From: an uncultured Sphingomonadaceae bacterium | GTDB taxonomy: Bacteria; Pseudomonadota; Alphaproteobacteria; Sphingomonadales; Sphingomonadaceae | Reading direction: 5' to 3' | Assembly (NCBI GenBank): GCA_964244885.1 | Contig: CAXTKD010000002.1 | Span: 40,104 to 104,103, forward strand | Length of the DNA stretch: 64,000 bases | In this document: positions 53,618 through 64,000 of the stretch, piece after piece | How the letters are laid out: the number at the start of each line of letters is the position of its first letter | Position numbering within the stretch: position 1 is the first letter of the stretch | Position numbers and translations under genes: made by a program | The notes under the pieces: generated by a model | The model's database searches: none | What the model saw: the letters and a program-made list of their open reading frames with translations, nothing else | What the model was told of the DNA's origin: nothing

Positions 53618-55026
53618 CACGCCGCCCGCTCCTTGCCGATCGCATCGGCAAGGCCCGCCGCCCACTTGGTGATGTCGCCCGCGCCGAGGCAGACCACCAT
53701 GTCGTCAGGCTTCGCGACCTCGGCCAGCGCCACGGCCAGATCGTCCGCCCCGTCGATCGTCGCCACGAACCTATGCCCGGAGCGCCGCATCGCGCCCGCC
53801 AGCGACTCCGCCGAAACGCCGTCGATCGGCTGCTCGCCGGCCGCGTACACCGGCGCGACATAGACCATGTCGGCATCGTTGAACGCCTGCGCGAAGTCGG
53901 TCATCAGGTCGCGGAGGCGCGTGTAGCGGTGCGGCTGGACGACCGCGATCACCCGGCCCTGAGCGCCCTCGCGCGCCGCCGCCAGCACCGCCTTGATCTC
54001 GACCGGATGGTGGCCGTAGTCATCGATGATCGACACGCCGGCGACTTCGCCGACCTTGGTGAAGCGCCGCTTCACCCCGCCGAAGTTCGAAAAGCCGCTG
54101 CGGATCGCCTCGTCCGAAATGCCTAGCTGGACCGCGACCGCGACCGCCGCCAGCGCGTTCTGGACGTTGTGCCGGCCGGGCATCGGAAGCATCAGATCCT
54201 CGATCCGCCGCTCCTCGCCGTTCCGCCCGCGCACCGTCACCGCGAAACGGTTGCCGCCCGGGACCGGGGTCACCTCGTCGCCGCGCACGTCGGCCTGGCC
54301 TGAGAAACCGTAGGTGACGATCCGCCGGTCCTGAACGCGCGGCAGGATCGCCTGCACCTCGGGATGGTCGAGGCAGAGGATCGCCGCGCCATAGAAGGGC
54401 GTGTGCTCGACGAACTGGACGAAGGCGTCCTTCACCTTGTCGAAATCGCCGTAGTGATCGAGATGCTCGGGATCGATATTGGTGACGACGCCGATCGTCC
54501 CGCCCAGCCGCAGGAAGCTGCCATCGCTCTCGTCGGCCTCGACCACCATCCACTCGCCGGCGCCGACGCGCGCGTTGGAGCCATAGGTGTTGATGATGCC
54601 GCCGTTGACGACGGTCGGGTCCAGCCCGCCCGCGTCGAGCAGCGCCGCGACCATCGAGGTCGTCGTCGTCTTGCCGTGCGTGCCGGCGATGGCGACGCAG
54701 GACTTCAGCCGCATCAGCTCGGCGAGCATCTCGGCGCGGCGGACGATCGGAATGCGCCTTTCGATCGCCGCCTCGACCTCGGGATTGCCGCGCTTGATCG
54801 CGGTCGAGGTGACGACCACCGCCGCGTCGCCCAAATTCTCAGCCTTGTGCCCGATGGCGACGTCAATGCCCTTGGCGCGCAGCCCCGCGACGACATAGCT
54901 CTCGGCGACGTCCGAGCCCTGCACCGTGTAGCCGAGGTTCGCCATCACCTCGGCGATGCCGGACATGCCGATTCCGCCGATCCCGATGAAGTGGATGGTG
55001 CCGATATCGTGCGCGAGGCCGGTCAT
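53617..55026 (-). CDS. murC: UDP-N-acetylmuramate--L-alanine ligase
   Basis: [18 protein letters not shown]...[14 protein letters not shown]. The ATG is at 55026. Confidence 0.95.
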   Translation of the reverse strand: MTGLAHDIGTIHFIGIGGIGMSGIAEVMANLGYTVQGSDVAESYVVAGLRAKGIDVAIGHKAENLGDAAVVVTSTAIKRGNPEVEAAIERRIPIVRRAEMLAELMRLKSCVAIAGTHGKTTTTSMVAALLDAGGLDPTVVNGGIINTYGSNARVGAGEWMVVEADESDGSFLRLGGTIGVVTNIDPEHLDHYGDFDKVKDAFVQFVEHTPFYGAAILCLDHPEVQAILPRVQDRRIVTYGFSGQADVRGDEVTPVPGGNRFAVTVRGRNGEERRIEDLMLPMPGRHNVQNALAAVAVAVQLGISDEAIRSGFSNFGGVKRRFTKVGEVAGVSIIDDYGHHPVEIKAVLAAAREGAQGRVIAVVQPHRYTRLRDLMTDFAQAFNDADMVYVAPVYAAGEQPIDGVSAESLAGAMRRSGHRFVATIDGADDLAVALAEVAKPDDMVVCLGAGDITKWAAGLADAIGKERAA

Positions 55027-56084
55027 GCCGCCAGCCTTTCGACGAGGTCGGCGAGCCGTGCGCCGGCGTCCGGACGGCCGGCGCTCGCAGCGCCCGCCGC
55101 GGCGTCCGACAGGCGCGCCGCCATCGTCTCGATCTCGCGCGACACCCGCTCGGGCGTGAACTCGTTCTGCGTCACCATTACTGCGCCGCCCGCGGCGGCC
55201 ATCTCCTCGGTATTGTAGACCTGATGATTGTCCATCGCGCTCGGCAGCGGCACGAGGATGGCCGGACGGCCGACGGCGGTCAGCTCGGCGATCGTCGAGG
55301 CGCCGGCGCGCGCGATGACGAGGTTCGCCCGCTCGAGCGCGCCCGCCATGTCCTCGATATAGGTCGATAGCATCGCCGCGACGCCGATCGCCGCATAGGC
55401 CGCGCGCGCCTGCTCGATGTCCTCGGGACGGCATTGCTGCGTCACCGTCAGGTCGCGGTGCACAGCCTCCGGCAGCAGCGCCACCGCCGCGGGCACGACA
55501 CGCGACAGGATGCTCGCGCCTTGGCTGCCGCCGATGACAAGAAGGTGTAGCCCGCTCTGCAGCGGCCGTTCCCGCAGCGCGAGAATGTTGTCGCGCACCG
55601 GATTGCCGACGAGCGCCGGATCACCGTCCAGCCGCCGCACGTTTTTGTAAGCCGTCGCCACCGCTGCAACGCGCTTCGCCAGCAGGCGATTGACCCGCCC
55701 CAGCACCGCATTCTGCTCATGCACCACCGACGGCACCCGCGCCTTCAACGCGCCGAGGATCGCGGGCAGCGTCGGGTAGCCGCCGAAGCCGACCATCGCC
55801 GCCGGCTTCTCCGCCCGGCACAGCGCGAAGGACGCCGCGCGTCCGGCGAAGATCGCCTTCAGCGACCGCGCCCACACGATCGGGTTCTTGCCGCCGAGCG
55901 AGGCGCTCGGGATGGTATGCTTCGGCACGCCCTCGAACAGCCCGGGATATTTCAGCCCGCGCGCGTCGGTGATCAGCGACACGCTCCAGCCGCGCTTCAT
56001 CATCTCGCCCGACAGCACGTGCGCGGGAACCATGTGCCCGCCCGTGCCGCCCGCCGCGACGATCAGGTGACGCCTGGCCGTCAT
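55023..56084 (-). CDS. murG: Undecaprenyldiphospho-muramoylpentapeptide beta-N-acetylglucosaminyltransferase
   Basis: [18 protein letters not shown]...[27 protein letters not shown]. Confidence 0.95.
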   Translation of the reverse strand: MTARRHLIVAAGGTGGHMVPAHVLSGEMMKRGWSVSLITDARGLKYPGLFEGVPKHTIPSASLGGKNPIVWARSLKAIFAGRAASFALCRAEKPAAMVGFGGYPTLPAILGALKARVPSVVHEQNAVLGRVNRLLAKRVAAVATAYKNVRRLDGDPALVGNPVRDNILALRERPLQSGLHLLVIGGSQGASILSRVVPAAVALLPEAVHRDLTVTQQCRPEDIEQARAAYAAIGVAAMLSTYIEDMAGALERANLVIARAGASTIAELTAVGRPAILVPLPSAMDNHQVYNTEEMAAAGGAVMVTQNEFTPERVSREIETMAARLSDAAAGAASAGRPDAGARLADLVERLAA

Positions 56085-57241
56085 GCCGCCGCCCAGCGCT
56101 TGGCGTAGGGGCTCGCCTGCAGGAAGCGGTTGCGCCGCGTCAGCGCCAGCAGCAGCCCCATCCCCATCGACAGCGCGAGGAAGGACGAGCCGCCGTGGCT
56201 GATGAACGGCAAGGTCATGCCCTTCGACGGCAGCAGGTTGAGGTTCACCGCCATGTTGATCATCGCCTGCGCCCCGAACTGGGTCGCCAGGCCGGCGCTG
56301 GCGAGGAAGATGAAGGGATCCTCCTCATCGAGAAGCTGGAGCAGCACGCGCACCACGATCGCCAGGAACAGCACCGCGATCGCGACGCAGGCGATGGCGC
56401 CAAACTCCTCTCCGATCACCGAGAAGATATAGTCGGTCTGCGGCTCGGGCAGCTTGAACTTCATCTGGCCCTCGCCCGGCCCGGCGCCGAACAGCCCGCC
56501 CGCCTTGAAACAATCGAGCGCGCGGTCGATCTGGTAGGTGTCGCCGCCGCCGGTCACGAACTTGTCGATGCGCGCGGTGACGTGCGGCACGAACAGATAG
56601 GCGACCGTCATCCCGCCCAGGCCGACGCCCATCGCGGTCACCAGCGTCGCAATGCTCATGCCGGCGAGGAACGCCTGCGTCAGCCAGACGGCGGTGAATA
56701 GCGCGGTCTGGCCGAAGTCGGGCTGCTTGATCAGCAGCACCGCGACGATCAGCAGCAGCGCGAAGGAGACCTGGAGCGACGGCACGGTCTTGTCGTCGTA
56801 GCGCGCCGCCAGCAGCCAGGCGGTGGTGACGATGAAGGTGGGCTTGAGGAACTCCGACGGCTGGAACTGGAAGCCGCCGATCGCGAACCATCGCACCGCG
56901 CCGTTGACCTCGGAGCCAATGAACGGCACCGCCGCCAGCGCCAGCAGGAAGCCGAGCGTCCCGAGCAGCGCCAGCCGCCGCGCCCAGGCGATCGGCAGCA
57001 TCGACGTGCCGATCAGCACCGGCAGGCCGGCCGCGACCCACATCACCTGGCGCTTGAAGTAGAACAGGTCGGAGACGTGGACGTTGCCGCCCGACAGGCG
57101 GTGCGCCGCGGCGGGGCTGGCGGCGGCGACCGCGATCAGCCCGATGCCGATCAGCAGCAGGACGAGCAGCAGCAGGACCCGATCGATGGTCCAGAACCAC
57201 CGCCCGATCAATGTCCTGTCTGAACGGCCCAGCGGCGTCAT
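56081..57241 (-). CDS. ftsW: Peptidoglycan glycosyltransferase FtsW (SEDS family)
   Basis: 386 aa with 10 TM segments. The motifs are QPSEFLKP and LPSKGMTLPFISHGGSS. Confidence 0.9.
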   Translation of the reverse strand: MTPLGRSDRTLIGRWFWTIDRVLLLLVLLLIGIGLIAVAAASPAAAHRLSGGNVHVSDLFYFKRQVMWVAAGLPVLIGTSMLPIAWARRLALLGTLGFLLALAAVPFIGSEVNGAVRWFAIGGFQFQPSEFLKPTFIVTTAWLLAARYDDKTVPSLQVSFALLLIVAVLLIKQPDFGQTALFTAVWLTQAFLAGMSIATLVTAMGVGLGGMTVAYLFVPHVTARIDKFVTGGGDTYQIDRALDCFKAGGLFGAGPGEGQMKFKLPEPQTDYIFSVIGEEFGAIACVAIAVLFLAIVVRVLLQLLDEEDPFIFLASAGLATQFGAQAMINMAVNLNLLPSKGMTLPFISHGGSSFLALSMGMGLLLALTRRNRFLQASPYAKRWAAA

Positions 57242-58605
57242 GACGGCAGTTCCCCCACGACCTTGCGAAACGCCTCACCCCGCGCTTCGAAATCGCTGAA
57301 CTGGTCGTAGCTTGCGCAGGCCGGCGACAACAGAATCACCTCGCCTGGCAGCGCCCGCGATGCGGCCAACCGAGTCGCTTCTGCGACAGTCTGAATCTGT
57401 TCCACCGGAACATGCGGCCGCAAAATGTTCGCGAACAGTTCCGAGGCTTCGCCGACCGTATAGGCCGCCTTAACATGCCCAAGATAAGGCAGGCAGGCGT
57501 CGAGCTCGGCGGTCTTGTTGCGACCGCCGCAGATCCAGTGAATCACCGGATACGCGCCAAGCGCCGGCGCGGTGGACGTCGGGTTCGTCGCCTTGCTGTC
57601 GTTGACGTAGAGTACGCCCTTCTTGGTCGCGATCCGCTCCATGCGGTGCGGCAGGCCGGGGTAGGCGCGAAGCGCTTCTTCGCTTGTCGTTCCTTGGACG
57701 CCCAGTAGTGCTGTAGCTGTACAGGCTAGAGCCACGTTTTGCAGATTGTGCGGACCCTGCAATGCCGGCCATTCGTCTTGCCCCGAAAAGCTATCGGGAA
57801 CAGGAACATAAACGCGGGGCGACCGGGCGAGGTCTTGTGCGATACGCAACGTCGCCTCGTCACTGCCGCCGAGCACGGCAAAACCACGTGGGTTTTGCAT
57901 CCCAAACAATCGCTCTTTGGACGCGGCGTAGCTTTCAAAGCCATCGTATCGGTCTAGGTGGTCGGGCGTGATATTGGTCAGTATTGCAACATCGCAGGCG
58001 AGGCTCTTGGTCAGGTCGAGCTGGAAGCTGGAGAGCTCGAGGACGTAGACGCCGCCTTCTGGAAGCGGGTCCTGGCCAAGGATCGGCAGGCCGATGTTGC
58101 CGCCGAGACGGGCGGGGATGCCGGCGGTCTGGACGATGTGGTGGATGAGCGCGGTGGTGGTCGACTTGCCGTTGGTGCCGGTGATGCCGATGACCTTGTG
58201 CGGCGGCAGCTCGGGCCGGGCGCGCGCGAACAGCTCGATGTCTCCGATCACCTCGACGCCCGCCGCAGCGGCTCGCCGGACCAGCGGGTGCGTGTTGAGC
58301 GGCACGCCGGGCGACACCACGAGCGCGTCGAAGCCTTCCAGCGGCACAGTGTTGAGGTCGGCAAACTCCAAGGAGCCCGTTCGTCCTGAGCTTGTCGAAG
58401 GACGTGTCGCACCGCCCTGCGAACCTCGTCCTTCGACAAGCTCAGGACGAACGAAGTCAGAGATCTTGGCCCGCGCCTCCGGCTTGTCGTCCCACGCGAT
58501 GACATGCGCGCCGCTCGCCGTCAGCGCCGCGACCGTCGCTAGCCCGCTTCGCGCCAGCCCGAAGACGGCGTATCGCTTCCCGGCGAAGGCGGCGGCCGTG
58601 ATCAC
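57238..58605 (-). CDS. murD: UDP-N-acetylmuramoylalanine--D-glutamate ligase, carrying a ~25-codon in-frame repeat-derived insertion
   Basis: [22 protein letters not shown]...[12 protein letters not shown]. The GTG start at 58605 overlaps the mraY stop (GTGA). The residues [25 protein letters not shown] are encoded by the palindrome at 58379-58452. Confidence 0.9.
   Translation of the reverse strand: MITAAAFAGKRYAVFGLARSGLATVAALTASGAHVIAWDDKPEARAKISDFVRPELVEGRGSQGGATRPSTSSGRTGSLEFADLNTVPLEGFDALVVSPGVPLNTHPLVRRAAAAGVEVIGDIELFARARPELPPHKVIGITGTNGKSTTTALIHHIVQTAGIPARLGGNIGLPILGQDPLPEGGVYVLELSSFQLDLTKSLACDVAILTNITPDHLDRYDGFESYAASKERLFGMQNPRGFAVLGGSDEATLRIAQDLARSPRVYVPVPDSFSGQDEWPALQGPHNLQNVALACTATALLGVQGTTSEEALRAYPGLPHRMERIATKKGVLYVNDSKATNPTSTAPALGAYPVIHWICGGRNKTAELDACLPYLGHVKAAYTVGEASELFANILRPHVPVEQIQTVAEATRLAASRALPGEVILLSPACASYDQFSDFEARGEAFRKVVGELPS
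58379..58452. repeat. Family C palindromic element (perfect 26-bp arms, 22-nt spacer) inside the murD coding sequence
   Basis: GTTCGTCCTGAGCTTGTCGAAGGACG at 58379-58404 is the exact reverse complement of 58427-58452. A related arm occurs at 29412-29437. Confidence 0.8.
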
Positions 58606-59672
58606 CGAAGCTTCAGCGTCGCGAGGCCGGTCAGCGCCAGCACCAGGCTGACGATCCAGAAGCGCACCACCACCGTCGCCTCGGGCCAGCCGAGATGCTC
58701 GAAATGGTGGTGGATTGGCGCCATCTTGAACACGCGCTTGCCGGTCAGCTTGAAGCTCGCGACCTGGACGATGACGGAGACGGTCTCCAGCACGAACAGC
58801 CCGCCGACGATCAGCAGCACGATCTCGTGGTTGGTGACGACCGCGATCGAGCCGAGCGCGCCGCCGAGCGCCAGGCTGCCGGTGTCGCCCATGAACACCG
58901 CCGCCGGCGGCGCATTGAACCACAGGAAGCCGAGCCCCGCGCCGATCAGCGCGCCGCAGAACACCGTCAGCTCGCCCGCGCCGGCGACGTAGTGGACGCC
59001 CAGATAGTCGGCCATCTTCACGTTGCCGACGAGGTAAGCGATCACCGCGAAGGTCAGCGCCGCGATGATCACCGGCATCGACGCCAACCCGTCGAGCCCG
59101 TCGGTCAGGTTCACCGCATTGCCGAAGCCGGTGACGATGAACGCCGCGAAGGCGATGTAGAAGATGCCGAGCTCCAGCCCCGCGTCCTTGAGGAACGGCA
59201 GGTAAAGCATCGTCCCGCCATCGTGCGCGATCCACGCGCAGGCGGCGCCGGCGACCAGGAACTCGGTGAGCAGCCGGACCTTGCCCGACACGCCTTTGTG
59301 CGTCGATTTCGACACCTTGGCGTAATCGTCGAGATAGCCGATCAGCCCGAAGCCGAGAGTCACCGCCAGGCACGGCCACACCGCGCTCAGCGTGAACTGC
59401 GACCACAGCACGGTCGAGATCGTAATCGACAGCAGGATCATCAGCCCGCCCATCGTCGGGGTGCCGCGCTTGGCGAAGTGCGACTGCGGGCCATCCTCGC
59501 GGATCGGCTGGCCCTTGCCCTGCTTGACTCGCAGCCAGGCGATGAGGCGCGGCCCGATGATCAGCGACAGCAGCAGCGCGGTCATCACCGCCGCGCCGGC
59601 GCGGAAGCTGATGTAGCGGAAGAGGTTGAGGACGCCGGGAAAGCCGAGCGCCTCGGCGAGTTCGTACAACAT
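58602..59672 (-). CDS. mraY: Phospho-N-acetylmuramoyl-pentapeptide transferase
   Basis: [11 protein letters not shown]...[13 protein letters not shown]...APIHHHFE. Confidence 0.97.
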   Translation of the reverse strand: MLYELAEALGFPGVLNLFRYISFRAGAAVMTALLLSLIIGPRLIAWLRVKQGKGQPIREDGPQSHFAKRGTPTMGGLMILLSITISTVLWSQFTLSAVWPCLAVTLGFGLIGYLDDYAKVSKSTHKGVSGKVRLLTEFLVAGAACAWIAHDGGTMLYLPFLKDAGLELGIFYIAFAAFIVTGFGNAVNLTDGLDGLASMPVIIAALTFAVIAYLVGNVKMADYLGVHYVAGAGELTVFCGALIGAGLGFLWFNAPPAAVFMGDTGSLALGGALGSIAVVTNHEIVLLIVGGLFVLETVSVIVQVASFKLTGKRVFKMAPIHHHFEHLGWPEATVVVRFWIVSLVLALTGLATLKLR

Positions 59673-61045
59673 CAGGCGTCCCCTTGGAGGTGCGCGACGA
59701 GCCTGCCCAGGCCCACCGAATTGGATCCCTTGACGAGAAGCACGTCGTCCGCGCCGAGCGACCGCTCGACCGCGACGACAGCGGCGGCGGCGTCGGCGAC
59801 CTGCTCGACGGAGATGCGCTTCTTCAGCGCCTCGGCGAGCGGCGCGATCTCGGCGCCGACGAGGATGACATGCTCGACCCCGGCGTCGGTGACGGTCGGC
59901 GCGAGGTCGGCGTGGAAGGCGGCGCTTCCCGCGCCCAGTTCCTTCATGCTGCCGAGCACCGCCAGCCGCCGGCCCTTCGCCGCCGGCGTCGTCCCGCCGA
60001 GCACGCCGAGCGCCGCCGCCATCGAGGCGGGGTTGGCGTTGTAGCTCTCGTCGATGACGATCGCCTGCCCGCCGTCGCGGTCGACGCGGAAGCGCCGCCC
60101 CCGCCCCGGCAGCCCGTTCATCTCGGCCAGCGCCAGTCCGGCCAGCCCGAGGTCGCCGCCAACAGCTTTGACCGCCGCGAGTACGCCGAGCGCATTGTTG
60201 AGCCAGTGCCGGCCCGCCATGCCGATCTTGAAGGTCAGCGTCTCGCCCATGATGTCGGCGGTGACCGTCGTGCAGTCGGGCAGCAGCGCATGGCGGAGGG
60301 GGCGGACGTCCGCCCCCTCGCCCTCGCCAAAGGTTATCAGGTTCGCGCCGCCAGCATGGCCGATCAACCGGTCGCGATGCTCGCTGTCGTAGGGGATGAT
60401 CGCTATGCCGCCGGGCTCCAGCCCTTGGAAGATCTCGCCTTTTGCGTCCGCAATCGCCGCATCGCTGTCGAAATATTCGCGGTGCGCGCTGGCGATCCAG
60501 GTCACCAGCGCGACGTGCGGCCGGACCAGCCGGGTCAGCGCCGCCAGCTCGCCGGCGTGATTCATCCCCATTTCGAAGATGCCGAACCGGCTGTCGGCGG
60601 GCATCCGCGCGAGGCTCAGCGGCACGCCGGTATGGTTGTTGTACGACTTGACCGAGGCATGCGTTCGTCCTGGCGCATAGCGGTCGAGCGCGCTCTTCAG
60701 CGCCTCCTTGGTCCCGGTTTTGCCGACGCTGCCAGTCACGCCGATGATCTTCGCTTGCGTCCGCGCACGCGCGGCCCGACCGAGCGCGTCGAGCGCGGCG
60801 GTGGTGTCGGCGACCAGCACATGGGGGGCCTTGACGGGCTCGCCGACCAGGAACCCCGCCGCGCCGCGCTCCCTGGCGGTGCCGATGAAACGGTGGCCGT
60901 CGGTCGCCTCGCCCTTCAATGCGACGAACAGCTCACCGCCGATCACTTCGCGGGAGTCGAAGGTGACGCCCTCGGCGGTGAAGGCGCCGGAGGCGGTGCC
61001 GTCGGTCGCGACTGCGATGTCTTGGCTGGTCCAGAGGGGGATCAT
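59672..61045 (-). CDS. murF: UDP-N-acetylmuramoyl-tripeptide--D-alanyl-D-alanine ligase
   Basis: [17 protein letters not shown] is the P-loop, and [11 protein letters not shown] is also present. Confidence 0.92.
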   Translation of the reverse strand: MIPLWTSQDIAVATDGTASGAFTAEGVTFDSREVIGGELFVALKGEATDGHRFIGTARERGAAGFLVGEPVKAPHVLVADTTAALDALGRAARARTQAKIIGVTGSVGKTGTKEALKSALDRYAPGRTHASVKSYNNHTGVPLSLARMPADSRFGIFEMGMNHAGELAALTRLVRPHVALVTWIASAHREYFDSDAAIADAKGEIFQGLEPGGIAIIPYDSEHRDRLIGHAGGANLITFGEGEGADVRPLRHALLPDCTTVTADIMGETLTFKIGMAGRHWLNNALGVLAAVKAVGGDLGLAGLALAEMNGLPGRGRRFRVDRDGGQAIVIDESYNANPASMAAALGVLGGTTPAAKGRRLAVLGSMKELGAGSAAFHADLAPTVTDAGVEHVILVGAEIAPLAEALKKRISVEQVADAAAAVVAVERSLGADDVLLVKGSNSVGLGRLVAHLQGDA

Positions 61046-61074
61046 TGCCCCTCTCCAGAATTCAAAAATGCTCC

Positions 61075-61140
61075 GTCATCCCGGCGAAAGCCGGGACCCA
61101 GACGATCGGCCGACTGGGTCCCGGCTTTCGCCGGGATGAC
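61075..61140. repeat. Family A palindromic repeat, short 66-bp copy, in the murE-murF spacer
   Basis: GTCATCCCGGCGAAAGCCGGGACCCAG ... CTGGGTCCCGGCTTTCGCCGGGATGAC. The mini-hairpin is retained through compensatory changes relative to copy 1 (TCCCGC/GCGGGA becomes CCCGGC/GCCGGG). Confidence 0.85.
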
Positions 61141-61169
61141 GGGGTAATTTCGGGTGGAGAGAGCGCGCA

Positions 61170-62585
61170 TTACGCCGCCACCTCCCGCGCGACCTGCACG
61201 TCGTCGAACGGCAGCACCCGGTCGCCGACGATCTGGCCCTGTTCATGTCCCTTGCCGGCGACCAGCACGACATCGTCCGCGCCCGCCGCAGCGACCGCGG
61301 CGGCGATGGCGCTGCGGCGGTCGCCGATCTCGGTCGCGCCGGGCGAGGCGGCCATGATCGCGGCGCGGATCGTCGCGGGATCCTCGGTACGGGGGTTGTC
61401 GTCGGTGACGGTGACGACGTCGGCCAGTTCGACGGCGATCGCGCCCATTTCGGGCCGCTTGCCGGTGTCGCGGTCGCCGCCGGCGCCGAAGACGACGCGG
61501 AGCTTGCCCCGGGTGTGCGGCCGCAGCGCCTCGATCGCCGCCCGCAATCCGTCCGGCGTGTGGGCGTAGTCGACATAGACCGGCGCGCCGGCGCGGGTCA
61601 GCACCGCGCGCTCCAGGCGGCCGCGCACGGGCTGCAACCGGGAGAGATTCTGCAAGGTCGCCGCGACCTCGCCGCCGGTGGCGATGACCAGCCCGGCGGC
61701 GGTCAGCGCGTTCGCCGCCTGGTAGGCGCCGATCAACGGCAGGGTGACCTTGTGCGTCTTGCCCTCGGCTTCGATCTCCAGGGTCTGGCCAAGCTGCGTC
61801 GGCGTGCGCGCAGTCAGCCGCAGTGCGTCGCCCTTGGTCCCGACGGTCATCACGCAAAGCGCGCGGGCGCGCGCGGCGTCGATTACACGCTCCGAAGCGC
61901 CGTCATCGGCCCAGATCACCGCCGTGCCGTCGCCGTCGACGACCTCGGTGAACAGCCGCAGCTTGGCGTCCAGATAGGCCTCCATCGTCTCGTGGTAGTC
62001 GAGGTGGTCGCGGCTGAGGTTGGTAAACGCCGCCGCCCGCACCGGCAGGCCTTCAGTGCGGTATTGCGCTAGGCCATGGCTCGACGCCTCGAAGCTCGCA
62101 TGGGTCACGCCCTCCCGCTGGAGGCCCGCCATGTTGGCGAGGAAGGTCACGACATCGGGCGTCGTCAGCCCGGTCGACACCTGGTCGTTCGAGGTGGTGA
62201 CGCCCAGCGTTCCGATGCTCGCGGCATGGAAGCCCGCCATCCGCCACAGCTGGCGCGTCAGCTCGGCGGTCGAGGTCTTGCCATTGGTGCCGGTGACGGC
62301 GACCGTCGTCTGCGGGAATGGCCCGAAGAACTTCGCCGCCAGCCGGGCGAAGGCCCGGCGAGGCTCGTCATCGGCGACATGCGCCGCGCCTTCGACTGCT
62401 ACCTCCGGGCGTGCCACGACTGCGACCGCCCCCGCCTTCACCGCGTCGGCGACAAAGTCTTCGCCATTAAACCGCGCGCCGCGAAAGGCGCCGAACACGG
62501 TTCCGGGCGCTACCTTGCGATGGTCGATCGCGAGGCCGGTGACGATCGCATCCGAAGTGCCGCCAATGAGATCGCTGAGCCGCAA
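61170..62585 (-). CDS. murE: UDP-N-acetylmuramoyl-L-alanyl-D-glutamate--2,6-diaminopimelate ligase
   Basis: VAVTGTNGKTSTAELT is the P-loop, followed by DYAHTPDGL and the DNPR motif (TVTDDNPRTEDP). Confidence 0.95.
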   Translation of the reverse strand: MRLSDLIGGTSDAIVTGLAIDHRKVAPGTVFGAFRGARFNGEDFVADAVKAGAVAVVARPEVAVEGAAHVADDEPRRAFARLAAKFFGPFPQTTVAVTGTNGKTSTAELTRQLWRMAGFHAASIGTLGVTTSNDQVSTGLTTPDVVTFLANMAGLQREGVTHASFEASSHGLAQYRTEGLPVRAAAFTNLSRDHLDYHETMEAYLDAKLRLFTEVVDGDGTAVIWADDGASERVIDAARARALCVMTVGTKGDALRLTARTPTQLGQTLEIEAEGKTHKVTLPLIGAYQAANALTAAGLVIATGGEVAATLQNLSRLQPVRGRLERAVLTRAGAPVYVDYAHTPDGLRAAIEALRPHTRGKLRVVFGAGGDRDTGKRPEMGAIAVELADVVTVTDDNPRTEDPATIRAAIMAASPGATEIGDRRSAIAAAVAAAGADDVVLVAGKGHEQGQIVGDRVLPFDDVQVAREVAA

Positions 62586-62586
62586 C

Positions 62587-64000
62587 TCAGGGCGCCTTCT
62601 TCTCTTCCTGGATGAACTGCAGGACTTCGCCCATGTTGGCGTCCTTGGTCATGTCCGGGCGTACGCCGAGCAGCGGGCCAATGCGGGTCACGACCTTGGA
62701 GACGATCGGCGCGACGTTCCAGCCGGCGGTGTGGAAGCCGTAGGTTTCCTTGGTCGCCTTTGGCTCGTCGAGCATCGCGACGACGACATAGCGCGGGTCG
62801 TCCATCGGGAACACGCCGGAGAAGGTCGTGACCACAGCACCGTGGGTGTAGCGGCCGTTGACGATCTTCTCGGCGGTGCCGGTCTTGCCGCCGATGCGGA
62901 AGCCCGGCGCGTCGGCCTTCTTGCCGGTGCCCTTCTCGACGACGAGACGGAGGAGCGCGCGCATGCGGTAGGACGTGTCCTCGGTGAACACCCGCCGGCC
63001 CTGCGCTACCGGATGGCCGGGGCCGACCTTGAGGATCGTCGCCGGCCGCCAGACGCCGCCGTTGAACAGCGTCGCATAACCGCTTGCCAGATGCAGCGGG
63101 GTCACCGCGATGCCGTGGCCGTAACCGACGGTCATCACCGCGGTCTCGCCCCAGTTGCTGCCCGGCGTCAGCGTCCGGCCGCGCTCCTTCAGCTCGATCG
63201 ACACCGGCTCCATGAAGCCGAGCTTCTTCAGATAGGCCTGCTGCGTCGTCGCGCCGACTGCCCGCGCGATCTGCGCGGTGCCGATGTTCGACGATTCCAT
63301 CATGATCTCGGCGACGCTCGCGTTGCGCTTGAACGGATGGGTGTCGCTGATCCGGAAGCGGCCGATGCGGAGATCGTGGGTGCAATCCCAGATGTCGCCG
63401 AAGCTCTTCACGACGCCCGATTCCATCGCCATCGCGACGGTGAACGGCTTGAAGGTCGATCCGAGCTCGTAGACGCCGAGCGTCGCACGGTTGAAGCGCG
63501 CGTCCATCGAGCCCGAGCCGGGGTCGTTCGGATTGAGCTGCGGCAGGGAGGCGAGCGCCAGCACCTCGCCGGTCTTGATGTCCATGACGACGCCCGCCGC
63601 GCCGATCGCGCTGAAGGTCGTCATCGCGGTGGCCAGCTCGTGCTCCATCGCCTGCTGGATGCGGCTGTCGATGGAAAGCTGGAGCGGCGCGCCCCGCATG
63701 TCGACACGGCTCAGGCGATCCTCGAAAGCGCGCTCGACGCCCGACTCGCCCTTGCCGTCTATGCCGGTGTAGCCGAGCATCGTCGCGCCCATGCCGATGT
63801 TCGGATAGAGCCGCTCGGGCTCGCGGTCGATGACGATGCCGGGCTCGCCGATCGCGTTCACGCGCTTGGCGTCGCTCGGCAGCACGCGGCGCTCAATATA
63901 GCGGAACTGGCCGGGGTGGGTCAGCTGACGCCAGGCGGCTTGCGCGCTGAGGCCCGGGATGGCGTGCGACAGCGCGACCGCCAGCGCCTTCTTGTCGCCG
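62587..64000 (-). CDS. ftsI: Peptidoglycan D,D-transpeptidase FtsI (PBP3), C-terminal ~470 codons. The 5' end lies beyond the window.
   Basis: The motifs are SxxK (GSTFKP), SxN (ESSNIG) and KTG (GGKTGTAEK). My translation upstream of 63885 stays open to the window edge (...IPGLSAQAAWRQLTHPGQFRYIERRVLPSD). Confidence 0.9.
   Translation of the reverse strand, partial: GDKKALAVALSHAIPGLSAQAAWRQLTHPGQFRYIERRVLPSDAKRVNAIGEPGIVIDREPERLYPNIGMGATMLGYTGIDGKGESGVERAFEDRLSRVDMRGAPLQLSIDSRIQQAMEHELATAMTTFSAIGAAGVVMDIKTGEVLALASLPQLNPNDPGSGSMDARFNRATLGVYELGSTFKPFTVAMAMESGVVKSFGDIWDCTHDLRIGRFRISDTHPFKRNASVAEIMMESSNIGTAQIARAVGATTQQAYLKKLGFMEPVSIELKERGRTLTPGSNWGETAVMTVGYGHGIAVTPLHLASGYATLFNGGVWRPATILKVGPGHPVAQGRRVFTEDTSYRMRALLRLVVEKGTGKKADAPGFRIGGKTGTAEKIVNGRYTHGAVVTTFSGVFPMDDPRYVVVAMLDEPKATKETYGFHTAGWNVAPIVSKVVTRIGPLLGVRPDMTKDANMGEVLQFIQEEKKAP

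Noticed and set aside
51804-53876. 690-aa version of ddl
   Set aside because: The upstream two-thirds is an alternate frame of murB and murC. The Ddl consensus begins at MTHVAVLMGGWSSEREVS (ATG 52715).
57238-59406. 722-aa version of murD
   Set aside because: The N-terminal ~267 residues are an alternate frame of mraY. The true murD start is the GTG at 58605, which overlaps the mraY stop and immediately precedes the conserved FGLARSG nucleotide-binding motif.
1-64000. Genomic island, prophage or integrative element
   Set aside because: There are no integrase, transposase, phage structural, conjugation or tRNA-flank signatures. Gene content is core housekeeping and composition looks uniform by eye, apart from short AT-richer regulatory spacers.

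Overview
This is a 64-kb, very GC-rich, densely coding chromosomal segment from an alphaproteobacterium, almost certainly a sphingomonad. The basis is a serine palmitoyltransferase that closely matches, from memory, the Sphingomonas paucimobilis enzyme, plus ceramide-pathway genes and a PhyR/NepR/EcfG stress locus. I saw no rRNA, tRNA, CRISPR array, transposase, integrase or phage genes, so this looks like core chromosome rather than an island. Gene content by block: (1) 1-8.7 kb: mlaD fragment, NDUFA12-like gene, a P450 / S1-P1 nuclease / GNAT / PAP2 string, csp-DUF192, coxG-xdhC-mocA-like genes and recX. (2) 8.7-24 kb: an extended sphingolipid locus. It holds an acyl-AMP ligase, an SDR reductase, ACP, spt, a DAG-kinase-fold lipid kinase flanked by Tam41-like and DUF2141 genes, lptFG, a Wzx-like flippase, a GT-like gene, a fatty-acid hydroxylase and a large GNAT-like candidate ceramide synthase. 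A PycTM/DUF5706-like membrane gene and a PEP-CTERM protein interrupt it. (3) 24-33 kb: MATE, xthA, erpA, M23 peptidase, DUF455, bcp and glnE. (4) 33-37.5 kb: the general stress response locus with ecfG, phyR, nepR, an HWE/HisKA_2 kinase and an entericidin gene. (5) 37.5-48 kb: tatABC, scpAB, nagZ, SPOR proteins, argS and dgt. (6) 48-64 kb: a complete dcw block running ftsZ-ftsA-ftsQ-ddl-murB-murC-murG-ftsW-murD-mraY-murF-murE-ftsI on the minus strand. The most interesting observations are these. The EcfG sigma ORF carries an in-frame NepR-like N-terminal module. Two unannotated candidate sRNAs with EcfG-type promoters and 13-bp stems capped by C-rich loops flank the stress locus. A perfect 26-bp-arm palindromic repeat sits in frame inside the essential murD gene. 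A perfect 17-bp inverted repeat lies just upstream of the ceramide reductase candidate. At least three families of hairpin-rich intergenic repeats are present. Many long ORFs in the supplied track are GC-driven alternate-frame or antisense artefacts and were rejected. All family assignments come from reading motifs by eye; no searches were run.
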